32,000 bases of DNA, from contig NJBF01000008.1 of the NCBI GenBank assembly GCA_003144275.1, forward strand, positions 1-32,000, written 5' to 3'. Positions 1 to 9,550 of the stretch are shown here, piece by piece. Both the position numbers and the translations under genes were made by a program. Every line of letters begins with the position of its first letter. The stretch's first letter is position 1. Source of the stretch: Candidatus Heimdallarchaeota archaeon B3_Heim (GTDB lineage: Archaea > Asgardarchaeota > Heimdallarchaeia > Hodarchaeales > Hodarchaeaceae). A model generated the notes under the pieces. The model saw only the letters and a program-made list of their open reading frames with translations. It made no database searches and was not told the DNA's origin.

Positions 1-46
1 TCTTTCCCTCATTTTTACCTTCTTTTATCTTTCCCTCCAGTGTCAT
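1..46 (-). CDS. 5' fragment of a gene running off the window; possibly archaeal CTP-dependent riboflavin kinase
   Basis: ATG at 46 on the minus strand gives MTLEGKIKEGKNEGK..., resembling the 'xEGxVxSGxGEG' N-terminus of archaeal RibK. Only 15 codons are visible. Confidence 0.25.
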   Translation of the reverse strand, partial: MTLEGKIKEGKNEGK

Positions 47-286
47 TCACTTTCTTTTAACGATTATAATGCTTTTTTAGCAATTTTCCTCCCCATAGCT
101 TAGTTACAACAATTTAGACGAAATCTCCTTTTTTTTAATAATGGATTAAAAAGAATCTCAAGTTGAATCTCTCATCAAAACTTGTTTTGAATATAGGAGG
201 TAGCAAAGAAGAAGGAATTACCCAAAAAAGTATTTATATTTGTATAAAGTGGGTCACTTTCGCAAATAATGTGGAGTTTCTAAATA

Positions 287-1249
287 ATGAGTACAAGTGA
301 AAATACATCTGTCCTTCAAGTTTCCAACTTAACCAAGGTTTATGGTAGGGAATTTCAACTCGGTTCCCGTAAAATTGGACGTCGTGTCGAAGCGGTAACT
401 GATGTAAGTTTTTCAGTCAAGAAAGGAGAAATCTTCGGGTTTCTCGGTCCCAATGGCGCAGGGAAGACGACAACTATCCGTTCCATTCTTGGGTATTTAT
501 CCATCAAATCTGGGACCATAAAAATTAACGGTCTCGATTACCTCAGCGATGCCCTAGAAATTAGGGAAGGTCTTGGCTTTATTCGCAGTGAAATTGATCT
601 ATATGGAAATTTCACAGGAGAAGAGATAATTTCGTATTTTGGGAAATTTAGGCCTATCGATCAGAAGTTCTTGAAAAAATTGAGGTCAATATTTAAAGTA
701 GATCTCACTCTTGACTTCAAAAACTTGTCGACGGGAAACCGTCAGCAAGTAATAATTATTACCGCATTAGCTTCCAACCCAGAGTTTGTTATTCTTGATG
801 AACCCTCAAGTGGACTAGACCCCTTAATGGCTACTAGATTTCATCGTTTACTCCTTCAGATGCGAGATGAGGGGAAAACGATTTTTCTCTCGAGTCACAA
901 TCTAACTGAAGTACAAACGATTTGTGATCGAGTGGGTATCATAAGGAAGGGAAAAATCATCGTTATTGAAACTGTTAAAGAACTTCGAAGAAAATCCATG
1001 CAGCTTCTGTCAGTTGAATTCGTCGATGGGGAGACCCCCGATCTGGATGAATTCCAAGCTATTCCGAATATATTCAGTGTGGAGAAGAAAGCCAATACCT
1101 TTCTTGTAAAAGTTAAAGAGGATGTGAATGATCTATTGAAGTTTGTTACTTCGCGCCGTGTCAAGAGGATGACTTTAGAAGACAGTAGTTTGGAAGACAT
1201 CTTTCTTACTTACTATAAAGATGAATTAGATTTGTTAGAGGAGGAATAA
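287..1249 (+). CDS. ABC-2 type transporter ATP-binding subunit
   Basis: Walker A GPNGAGKTT, signature LSTGNRQ, Walker B VILDEPSSGLD, H-loop SSHNL; C-terminal DUF4162-like extension. Confidence 0.95.
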   Translation: MSTSENTSVLQVSNLTKVYGREFQLGSRKIGRRVEAVTDVSFSVKKGEIFGFLGPNGAGKTTTIRSILGYLSIKSGTIKINGLDYLSDALEIREGLGFIRSEIDLYGNFTGEEIISYFGKFRPIDQKFLKKLRSIFKVDLTLDFKNLSTGNRQQVIIITALASNPEFVILDEPSSGLDPLMATRFHRLLLQMRDEGKTIFLSSHNLTEVQTICDRVGIIRKGKIIVIETVKELRRKSMQLLSVEFVDGETPDLDEFQAIPNIFSVEKKANTFLVKVKEDVNDLLKFVTSRRVKRMTLEDSSLEDIFLTYYKDELDLLEEE

Positions 1250-1251
1250 AG

Positions 1252-2100
1252 ATGTTTGAAATATACACAAAACAATTGCGTAAAAAATGGTTTTCTTGGT
1301 CTGCAATCTCCTTTGTGACGGCAGTATTTTCGTTCTTAATGGTAGCAATCTGGCCCTCTTTTGAGCCGTATGTAGAAAGCCTGCAAGAGATGATGGAACT
1401 TCCAATCTATCAGGCCCTACTTGGTGAAGGAGTAGGTTTGACCTCTCTTGAATCATTGCTTACTATGGAGTTGTTCATTATATCTGATATTTTCTTTATG
1501 GGCCTCATTCTACTGTTTGGTGTACAGTGTATCACACGGGAAGCCGATAGTGGTAGTTTAGATTTCATGTTGAGCTTCCCCGTTCCCCGATGGCGATTCC
1601 TTTTAGAGAAAGTCTTTGCATTTATCACTATCACTCTCTCTTATCCGATTTTTACATTTGCTGCAGCAATTTTAGCATCAGTAATTATTCCTGGAATTAA
1701 ATTCAATCCTCGTGGACTGGAAGCCTACTTTTTAGGCCTATTGAGTCGATGGATTCTTTATTTGTCTCTTACCTGTATTGTTATACTTATCTCCGTCGTC
1801 TTCATGGATACTGGAAAAACACTGGGATTTGGTGGCTTGCTCCTTGGAGGTTCTTACATTCTCAAAACGATTGCAGGTCTGCTTAGAATGGCTGATCCCG
1901 CTATGGCAGATATGCTCCAGTTAACTTCCTTTTACTATTACCTGGATGGAATCAAAATTGTAGATGATATCATTAAAGTAGGCTATGGCGCATACCCCTT
2001 TGGACAAGTGATATTCATTATCATAATTGGGGTAGTTTCACTTCTCCTAGCTTTACTGATTTTCGATAATCCTTACTTCCAGAAACGAGAATTTAAATAA
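1252..2100 (+). CDS. ABC-2 type transporter permease
   Basis: About 6 TM helices with the 'ITREADSGSLDFMLSFPVPRWRFLLEK' ABC-2 permease motif; starts 2 nt after the ATPase stop. Confidence 0.9.
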   Translation: MFEIYTKQLRKKWFSWSAISFVTAVFSFLMVAIWPSFEPYVESLQEMMELPIYQALLGEGVGLTSLESLLTMELFIISDIFFMGLILLFGVQCITREADSGSLDFMLSFPVPRWRFLLEKVFAFITITLSYPIFTFAAAILASVIIPGIKFNPRGLEAYFLGLLSRWILYLSLTCIVILISVVFMDTGKTLGFGGLLLGGSYILKTIAGLLRMADPAMADMLQLTSFYYYLDGIKIVDDIIKVGYGAYPFGQVIFIIIIGVVSLLLALLIFDNPYFQKREFK

Positions 2101-2150
2101 ATTAACTGCAGAATTATAATTTCCAATGTAGTCAAAGTGCATTGGTATTC

Positions 2151-2158
2151 TTTTTTTT
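2151..2158 (+). terminator. T-tract, likely archaeal intrinsic terminator of the ABC-2 operon
   Basis: T8 run ~50 nt after the permease stop, preceded by a CCAATG...CATTGG inverted repeat, between convergent genes. Confidence 0.4.
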
Positions 2159-2194
2159 ATACATAATCAACTTTCTAAATCTTTGAAGTGGATT

Positions 2195-3034
2195 TCAGTA
2201 ATTTTGCAAAAACCAGTCTATGATTTTTCTAGCAATACTGATTTCACCAGGTATTTGCGGGAGATCATCTGCAGTAAACCAGTTTGCATCGTTTATCTCA
2301 ATTGGATTTATAGTAATTTGGCCATTTGCGTAATCTGCAAGAAAACCTATCATAAGAGAATCAGGAAAAGGCCAAGATTGACTACCAAAATAACGAATAT
2401 TTTTAACCTCGATTCCTACTTCTTCAAGGATTTCTCTTCTAACACATTCCTCAAGCGTCTCACCTGGTTCAACAAAACCTGCAAGTACACTATAGAACCT
2501 AGCGGGGAAACGAGTTCCATTGGCCAATAATATCTTCTTTTTCTTTTGATCAATAATACCAACAATTATTGCAGGAGAAATTCTGGGAAAAACAAGGAAG
2601 CTGCATTCTGGACATTTTTTTGCTCGTTCATCGAAATTGATTTCTGTAGGAGTCCCACATCGACCACAATATTGAGAATTTTTATCCCAAACCGAGAGTT
2701 GAAAAGCTCGTCCAGCTACCCAGAGTAAGTCTTCGTTTAATAGACCATATAAATTGCGGATACTTTGAAATGACATTTTCTTTGGAATGTCAAGATCATT
2801 GGAAGCTTCGAAAAAATAACAAGGGATATTATCAAATGTCCCAAAATAGATTGGTTGCTTCAGTTCCAAAGACATATTCAATTCGCTTAAATTTGAATTA
2901 AAGGGTATAGAGGCCGAATCATTTAATAATTCTACTAATAGCAAGTTTTCACGAAAAATGAACCAATAAGAAGGGATAGTTTCGTTACGAAATGGTTTCA
3001 TTTCGAATTTAAAGGGCATTAAAATGACATCCAA
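2195..3034 (-). CDS. nudC: NAD(+)/NADH diphosphatase (Nudix, NudC)
   Basis: Zn ribbon CGRCG...CPEC, Nudix box GFVEPGETLEECVRREILEEVG, and NudC motif SQSWPFPDSLM. Confidence 0.95.
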   Translation of the reverse strand: MDVILMPFKFEMKPFRNETIPSYWFIFRENLLLVELLNDSASIPFNSNLSELNMSLELKQPIYFGTFDNIPCYFFEASNDLDIPKKMSFQSIRNLYGLLNEDLLWVAGRAFQLSVWDKNSQYCGRCGTPTEINFDERAKKCPECSFLVFPRISPAIIVGIIDQKKKKILLANGTRFPARFYSVLAGFVEPGETLEECVRREILEEVGIEVKNIRYFGSQSWPFPDSLMIGFLADYANGQITINPIEINDANWFTADDLPQIPGEISIARKIIDWFLQNY

Positions 3035-3289
3035 TACACTCTTTTGGAATTATTTGGAGATCAAAAACTTCTCTTCGACCCCAAAGGAAAAAATTTGAAT
3101 ATATTAAAAAAAATTATTCTGTTTGAGAGGATTTCTGAATTACTTTGCTTAATTCACAAATCCAACGGTACAATCTAGCAAATGAGCTATAACCAGTGGT
3201 AATCCACATTTTTTATTCCAAAATTATTTAAGTGGAACACTTATGATATCACCTCTCTACTGGGAATTACTCAAAGGTGATTCATTCGG

Positions 3290-4480
3290 ATGACCACAGA
3301 ATCTATTGAACTTAAGAAACCTCGGTACATCTTTCTTGATAATATAAAGCTCATGTTTGCAATTCTCGTGATTTTTAATCACGCGAGGGTCACATATGAG
3401 GGGTCGGGATGGTGGTATTATATCGAAGAAAATACCCTAGATCTTTTCAGTACTATCTTCTTTCAAACCTTAGCCTCATTTGGTGGAATTTTTCAAGCTT
3501 CGCTTCTCGGGTTATTCTTCCTTCTGGCTGGTTTTCTGACTCCTAAGAGTTTCGATCGAAAGAAACTCTCTGTCTTCTGGAAAGAACGCCTTCTTCGTCT
3601 TGGTGTTCCTCTCCTTTTGTATGTTCTGCTTATTAATCCCATTATGTTCTATATTCTATCTGTATTAGGAATTGAACCTTGGACTTCCTACCCTAATCTA
3701 CAAGGATCTCTGCTAGATTATTATTTTGACCAATTTAAATCACTGGGTACGTTAATTGATTTTCTTACCAATGTTGGTCCAATGTGGTTTCTTTACGTCT
3801 TGCTCATATTCACATTTGTCTATACGCTTTGGCGGCAGGTTTCAAGATCCGATTCAATTCAGCAATACATTCCAAAAGAATTGCCCATACCAAGGAATGT
3901 TTATTTATTCCTGATTGCTATTGTCCTAGGATGGGTTGCATTTATTGTTCGATTCATTTCCCCCGTCGACAGATTCCCATTAGGGATCCCCTTTGGTTAT
4001 TTGATTCAGTATTTCATGATGTTTGTGGTTGGTGTTATCACTGCTCGATATGATTGGTTCGAGAAGATATCTAAGGATCATATCAAGGTCTGGTCTAGTA
4101 TCCTAGCAGCAACAGTGGTATTATTCTTTCTGTACTTTATCCTGTTTATGGGAGTCGATTCAGATTACAGTGTTGTATTTGGAGGGCCCAATCTGTCTGC
4201 TCTTGTCTTCGCACTCGTCGACAATATGGTATGTATGGGAATGATTTTTGTTTTAATTCCGATTTTCTATTTAAAATTCAATACTCAAGGGAATATCATC
4301 AAGAATTTATCTGATAGCTCTTTTCATATGTACCTTATTCATGCACCCATCCTTGTTACTATATCCCTTGTTTTTATCTCCATCCCGCTTTTCCCTGTTC
4401 TTAAACTTGTCATTGTCTTTCCCTTAGCCGTAATCCTCTGCTATTTAGCCAGTCAGTACGGCCTTCGAAAAATCCTTTGA
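3290..4480 (+). CDS. Acyltransferase family 3 (OpgC/MdoC-like) polytopic membrane protein
   Basis: N-terminal 'RYIFLDNIK...LVIFNH', 'FFLLAGF', 'ERLLRLGVP', 'GPMWFLYVL', 'SFHMYLIH' motifs; about 10 TM segments. Confidence 0.88.
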   Translation: MTTESIELKKPRYIFLDNIKLMFAILVIFNHARVTYEGSGWWYYIEENTLDLFSTIFFQTLASFGGIFQASLLGLFFLLAGFLTPKSFDRKKLSVFWKERLLRLGVPLLLYVLLINPIMFYILSVLGIEPWTSYPNLQGSLLDYYFDQFKSLGTLIDFLTNVGPMWFLYVLLIFTFVYTLWRQVSRSDSIQQYIPKELPIPRNVYLFLIAIVLGWVAFIVRFISPVDRFPLGIPFGYLIQYFMMFVVGVITARYDWFEKISKDHIKVWSSILAATVVLFFLYFILFMGVDSDYSVVFGGPNLSALVFALVDNMVCMGMIFVLIPIFYLKFNTQGNIIKNLSDSSFHMYLIHAPILVTISLVFISIPLFPVLKLVIVFPLAVILCYLASQYGLRKIL

Positions 4481-4743
4481 ACACACACACTAGAATAACC
4501 CAGTATTTGTGAGAACATCTATCGTCTTCCAGAAACACTGTAAACAACGACATATCCCAAGAAGTTTGTTAGAATATTGCACTGGAGGGCTTTAGATTTC
4601 CCTTTAGTTTCAATTATCGAATTCTGGACTCACACCACATGTGTTATTGAAACAAACAAGGCTAATCTAAATGTATTATAAAAAATACTCCTTCCATTAG
4701 AAGCTTTGATCTAAGTATCTTCTATAATTAAATACGGGAAGGA

Positions 4744-4794
4744 TTCATATATTCAATCTTACCATATGAACAATATGTATACATTTATATGAAC
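4744..4794 (+). promoter_or_regulatory. Candidate operator/promoter repeats upstream of the 586-aa gene
   Basis: TTCATAT (4744-4750) is inverted against ATATGAAC (4764-4771), which repeats directly at 4787-4794 (23-bp period). The two direct copies flank the palindrome ATGTATACAT (4775-4784). Confidence 0.35.
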
Positions 4795-4848
4795 TTTGTA
4801 GATTGATTATATTGAGATTTGAATGAAAATTATTTCTAAGGGGCTGTT

Positions 4849-6609
4849 ATGACGGTATCAAAGGCAATTTGGTTTACTCTATCTAAGGAACAACGAATAG
4901 AGGAAATTTCTCTTCGTAGAACCGACAATAAGACCTTCGAACAAATTGCTGACGAACTACTCGGTAATCCAAAAAAGAAATCGACAATTTGGAGTTGGGC
5001 TAAGCGTAATATGGATAATAGAGATTTATATCCGATGATAAAGAGATTACCCGTTGATCCTTACAGAAAATTCACTGAAACCGAACAATGGAAAATGCAT
5101 GATGAGATCGAACTTCTGTTTCCGCAATTAAGCGCGATTACTACGCACATCTTAGCAGAAATCACTAGAATGATTACAGAACATGAAAAAACACGTCTTA
5201 TTAACACAGAGAAATTTGCACAGACCGCTGGATTTTTAGATAACTTGGAACAACGAATAACTGCCTCTATTCAACGAAATCTTCAATCTTTTCGCATACA
5301 AGCTAGTCAAACAATGCCAAGTACTTCCTCTGTTTCACAACCCCCTATCCCTCCTCGTCCACTACCAAGAGGGTCGGTTCCTCCTCCACCACCACCTGGT
5401 ACTGGTGTACATATGCCTAGTTCTGTTACTCCAGGTAGTATGTCTTCTTTACGAACAGATTTTGAAATAATGAGTATGGAAGAAATAACAGCTCTCCCTC
5501 CTGACTTCTTGGAGGCTTTAATCCCTGTTGATAGGGGGAGAATTCAAAACCGTGTAAAAGAGCTGAAAATGATTGATAAGATGTCTCCTGAGGAGCGCGA
5601 GGAGTATCTAAAAAAGAAAGAAGAGGAAAAGGCTCGATCAGAAGCGGCAGAAGGTCTTGGCTCCTCACTTACTGCAATGCTAGATGATGATGATTCATTA
5701 TTTGCCCGGATGCGTCGCTCCGCGGATGATTCCCAAGTATCTGGTACTGGTACTTTTGGTAAGTTCACCACTGAGTACACCTATATTTATTGTATTGCGT
5801 GTGGTAAAACTAATCGCTCGGAAGAGGAATCGATTGAGCAATGTGGGTATTGTCAAGCAGGTCCTGATCATCTTGTCGCTGACGATGACAAATCAAATTT
5901 CTCTTATATTGAATGTTTGTCTCATAAATCCCATGAATATGTAGATCTCGACTATACTCGTGGTAAACAGATTGTCATTTTATCCCGTTGGAAAACTCCA
6001 ATTGGAGAGACAACTCATCCTCATGATTGTCCTTCAGATCAGATTAGGGACATTACGACTGCTATAATGTCGAAAGCTGATCCCGATAAACAATTTTCGC
6101 ATTTTTTGACAATATTTCGTTTGTATATACAGTTAAAACTACAGCCAGATTTGAAACCCCTTTTTGAGCAACTTTTTCTAACTATTCAGAAGCTACCTGA
6201 CAGTGTCTCGAAAGAAGCGGCTGTTTCTGACACGTACGAATTGATGGATCATTTCTTAGGTATTATTGCCTGGATTAGTGAGAGAAATGTAATTGAGGCA
6301 TTACCCAACTATGGTGATATTCAAGCTGCAATCGACAATCTTATACTTGATATTGATCCTCTAAAAGATTCTGAATCTCCCCAAGAATTACGTAAAGCTA
6401 GTGATATTGGTAGTGTAACCTCTAAAGCAGATCAATTATTGAATAAGTTTACAGCAATCATTCTCCGGATTGAATCAGAACTAGTAATACCCTCGCAATG
6501 GAAATGCACGAGCTGTAATAACGTATTTGAGGTTAAGGATCGCAATAAAACCCCTGAAAAATGTGAAGCCTGCGGGAAGATTATAACAAAACTCTTACCG
6601 GTTGATTAA
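4849..6609 (+). CDS. Hypothetical multidomain protein: N-terminal HTH, proline-rich tract, charged helical region, several Zn-binding motifs
   Basis: 586-aa ORF. HTH-like 'KTFEQIADELLG..KSTIWSW'; PPIPPRPLPRGSVPPPPPPG; CIAC-x14-CGYC; CLSH/HPHDC; C-terminal WKCTSC-x15-CEAC. Confidence 0.85.
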   Translation: MTVSKAIWFTLSKEQRIEEISLRRTDNKTFEQIADELLGNPKKKSTIWSWAKRNMDNRDLYPMIKRLPVDPYRKFTETEQWKMHDEIELLFPQLSAITTHILAEITRMITEHEKTRLINTEKFAQTAGFLDNLEQRITASIQRNLQSFRIQASQTMPSTSSVSQPPIPPRPLPRGSVPPPPPPGTGVHMPSSVTPGSMSSLRTDFEIMSMEEITALPPDFLEALIPVDRGRIQNRVKELKMIDKMSPEEREEYLKKKEEEKARSEAAEGLGSSLTAMLDDDDSLFARMRRSADDSQVSGTGTFGKFTTEYTYIYCIACGKTNRSEEESIEQCGYCQAGPDHLVADDDKSNFSYIECLSHKSHEYVDLDYTRGKQIVILSRWKTPIGETTHPHDCPSDQIRDITTAIMSKADPDKQFSHFLTIFRLYIQLKLQPDLKPLFEQLFLTIQKLPDSVSKEAAVSDTYELMDHFLGIIAWISERNVIEALPNYGDIQAAIDNLILDIDPLKDSESPQELRKASDIGSVTSKADQLLNKFTAIILRIESELVIPSQWKCTSCNNVFEVKDRNKTPEKCEACGKIITKLLPVD

Positions 6610-6629
6610 GGATATAACCATTGTAAGCG

Positions 6630-7931
6630 CTAGGGAGTGGCTCGATTTATCAATCGGGGATATAAACATGCTTCTCGAATGTGATCCAAATTCAATACAG
6701 CTTGTATAAATCTCTCTAATCCCAAACCAAAGCCCGAATGAGGGACTGTGCCATATTTCCGTTGATCCAAATACCAATAGTAGGGACTTGGGTCCAAACC
6801 TTCCTCTTTCATACGGTTTAATAACGCGTCATAATCATCTTCTCTTTGTGAGGCACCTATTATTTCACCAACATTCGGGATGAGAAGATCGGCTGCATTC
6901 ATCACTTCAGGATTGGATTCATTGAGTTTCATATAAAATGGTTTCATTCCTACAGGGAAGTGGGTTAGAAAAGTAGGTTTACCAATTTTATCAACCAACA
7001 TCCGTTCGGGTCCTTCTGTTAGGTCTTCTCCATATTCAAGGAACTTACCTGATTCCCCTTTAATATCAAATTCTCTTAATAGATCAATTGCCTTTTCATA
7101 TGATACTCTTTCAAACGGTTTCTCTGGAATATTCACCTTTTGATTAAGCTTTGATACTATAGGTGACTCTTCTGCTCTCAAATAGACATGGATCATCATA
7201 TCTTCCATGAAGTCAAGTAAATCCTCAAATTCAAACCACGGCATTTCTGCTTCAATATGTGTATATTCAGTTAGGTGTCTTCTTGTACGTGATTTTTCGG
7301 CCCTAAAGGAGGGAAGGACACAAAAAACATTACCCAAACTTGGCAATAGTGTTTCTAGATACAACTGACTAGACTGAGTAAGATACGCCTCTTGTTCAAA
7401 ATATTTAAAGCTGAAGAGTGTGGATCCGCCTTCAACCTGAGTTTGAACTATTGTACTTGGTGTTACCTCCACAAATTCTCGTAAAAAGAAAAATTTCCTG
7501 AAGCTTCTGGCCATCATATCACGGAATCGCATGATATCTGAAGCTTGTTCACCGCGTAATACAAGATGACGTTTGTTTAATAATACTTGAGGTCCTGAAT
7601 CTGGGCGTATTTCATGTTCTAATTCAGGTGAGGCATAATCTATTACTGCCGAGATATTATTTATTTGAAGTTCTAATCCACTATAAGGAGCGCGTTTATC
7701 TTCTTTCACCACTCCTTGTGCCGTGACTGCTGTTTCACGAGTTAATTTACTTGCAACCGTTGTTGCTGCTTCACCACTAGCGGGTTTTACAACCGATTGG
7801 ATATAACCAGTGTTATCACGAATGACAAGAAAAGTAAGCTTTCCCTGTCTCCTAACATGATGTAACCACCCGCGTACAGATACCTGTTCACCAATTTTGT
7901 CTGAAAGTGTTTTAATGGATTCAAAACTCAA
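6630..7931 (-). CDS. asnS: Asparagine--tRNA ligase (eukaryote/archaeal type)
   Basis: OB-fold N-terminus (VRGWLHHVRRQGKLTFLVIRD), motif 2 FRAEKSRTRRHLTEYTHIEAE, motif 3 PHSGFGLGLERF; TTG start. Confidence 0.95.
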   Translation of the reverse strand: MSFESIKTLSDKIGEQVSVRGWLHHVRRQGKLTFLVIRDNTGYIQSVVKPASGEAATTVASKLTRETAVTAQGVVKEDKRAPYSGLELQINNISAVIDYASPELEHEIRPDSGPQVLLNKRHLVLRGEQASDIMRFRDMMARSFRKFFFLREFVEVTPSTIVQTQVEGGSTLFSFKYFEQEAYLTQSSQLYLETLLPSLGNVFCVLPSFRAEKSRTRRHLTEYTHIEAEMPWFEFEDLLDFMEDMMIHVYLRAEESPIVSKLNQKVNIPEKPFERVSYEKAIDLLREFDIKGESGKFLEYGEDLTEGPERMLVDKIGKPTFLTHFPVGMKPFYMKLNESNPEVMNAADLLIPNVGEIIGASQREDDYDALLNRMKEEGLDPSPYYWYLDQRKYGTVPHSGFGLGLERFIQAVLNLDHIREACLYPRLINRATP

Positions 7932-8035
7932 TGTAAGACCTTCTTACTTAGTGTTAATATGGAAGATATCAATTAGATGTATTTCCACTACAGAGGGAGA
8001 TTTTTATTATTATCTTTTACCACTTTTGAGATCTA

Positions 8036-9280
8036 CTAAACAATCGATTTAGCATCTAATTCTTCTTTGTGGGGAGGAATTAAATAATGTTTCATTAAAA
8101 TTAGAAGAGCAACCAGTATCATAGCTGTCCCACCAATAAGAAATAATTCTGTCAAGGATATGAATTGAAGTAATATTTGACTCACTAAGGGGGAAAGAAA
8201 CTGGCCAAGAAATAAAAATGATGTAAATCCACTGAAAACTCGTCCTCTAATTGATTGTGAAATACCTTTCCCCAGCTGGCGAGATAAATTTGGTATCAAT
8301 AATCCGAGTCCCACACCAGCAATGGATAAACCAAGAATCATCTCCAACCTTGTTAAAGCTAAGGAAATTATAAAGTATCCAGTACCAAAAAAGGTGAAAG
8401 CTAGAATGAAAATATTTGTTAGGCTGATTCGCTTACTTAACCTTCCGTACAATATCGAAAATATTCCCATGGAAAGAGTCAAGGTTGCGAGTACGATTCC
8501 TACCAAATCGGGATTCAGTAGAAGCTTGTTTGTTAGTAAAAAGGGTAATTCTGCAATGGAAAAAAAGAAAACTATTTGAAAAATGAACACTAAAAAATAT
8601 ACAAATACAATATTACTATAAGGAATCCGATTCTCCTTGGATACAATTGAGTATTGATCTGGTTGGATAACACTTGAATTTTTCATAAATTTTGGTTCAG
8701 GTAGCATTAGAAGTCCAGGGATAAGAACCCATGCAAAGATATAAATGACAAATGGCGCATGCCAGTTTATTGACGCTAAATACCCTCCAAAGCTGAAGAA
8801 AATTACTCCTCCAAATCCCATGAATGCTGCTTGATATCCTAACATTGTATCACGTCGCCTACCCTGAAAATAATCAAACACTAATGTTGTGGAAATTGTC
8901 ATGATCCCTGCAACAGCTAATCCTAAGAAGATCCGACTTAAGAAAATTAAATTAAGAGAATTTAAATAGAACCCCGAACTTCCTGCTAACCCATAGAGAA
9001 AAGCGGCCCCTAATAACGGTTTTTTTCGGCCCCACTTATCAATGATTACACCTACGAGTGGAGATCCAATTGCTATAGCAAGAGCAGGGATACTCAGAGT
9101 TAGACGAATGAATAGTTGTATGTTGGGTATATTTTGAAAATATAGTTCCATTTCAGGAACTGCTGGGGTTATAGTGGCAGTTGCCATCACTGTTAACGTA
9201 CTAACTAGTAGTACTGTTAATGTAACCCATTTTCCTGTTTTTGATTCGTTTTTTGTTTCAGATGTCATGTTAAATCGCAC
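8036..9280 (-). CDS. MFS transporter
   Basis: About 12 TM helices; motif A 'GVIIDKWGRKKPL'; the start may be the ATG of MTSE. Confidence 0.9.
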   Translation of the reverse strand: MRFNMTSETKNESKTGKWVTLTVLLVSTLTVMATATITPAVPEMELYFQNIPNIQLFIRLTLSIPALAIAIGSPLVGVIIDKWGRKKPLLGAAFLYGLAGSSGFYLNSLNLIFLSRIFLGLAVAGIMTISTTLVFDYFQGRRRDTMLGYQAAFMGFGGVIFFSFGGYLASINWHAPFVIYIFAWVLIPGLLMLPEPKFMKNSSVIQPDQYSIVSKENRIPYSNIVFVYFLVFIFQIVFFFSIAELPFLLTNKLLLNPDLVGIVLATLTLSMGIFSILYGRLSKRISLTNIFILAFTFFGTGYFIISLALTRLEMILGLSIAGVGLGLLIPNLSRQLGKGISQSIRGRVFSGFTSFLFLGQFLSPLVSQILLQFISLTELFLIGGTAMILVALLILMKHYLIPPHKEELDAKSIV

Positions 9281-9550
9281 TTTAACCTGAGTGCCATCGT
9301 TTAGTTTATTATTTTAAAGCGATGAACATTTTAATGACAGGGTAATCAGATTTGGTATAACTACTACTACATTGAGTACAATTCTATCTTAAAATTAATA
9401 ACCAAAGGCAACGATTTTCGTTGATTGAGTGATTATCAAAAATTTCATCTGGTTCCTCAAACCAAATCCTAAAAAGGATTATTGCATAATAAAAGTTAGT
9501 TAAGGAATTTCATTGTTTCTCTTGTTATACAAGCGTACGGATAGAATTAA

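Noticed and set aside
4480-4490. (AC)n microsatellite
   Set aside because: Only about 5 units, intergenic, consistent with chance.
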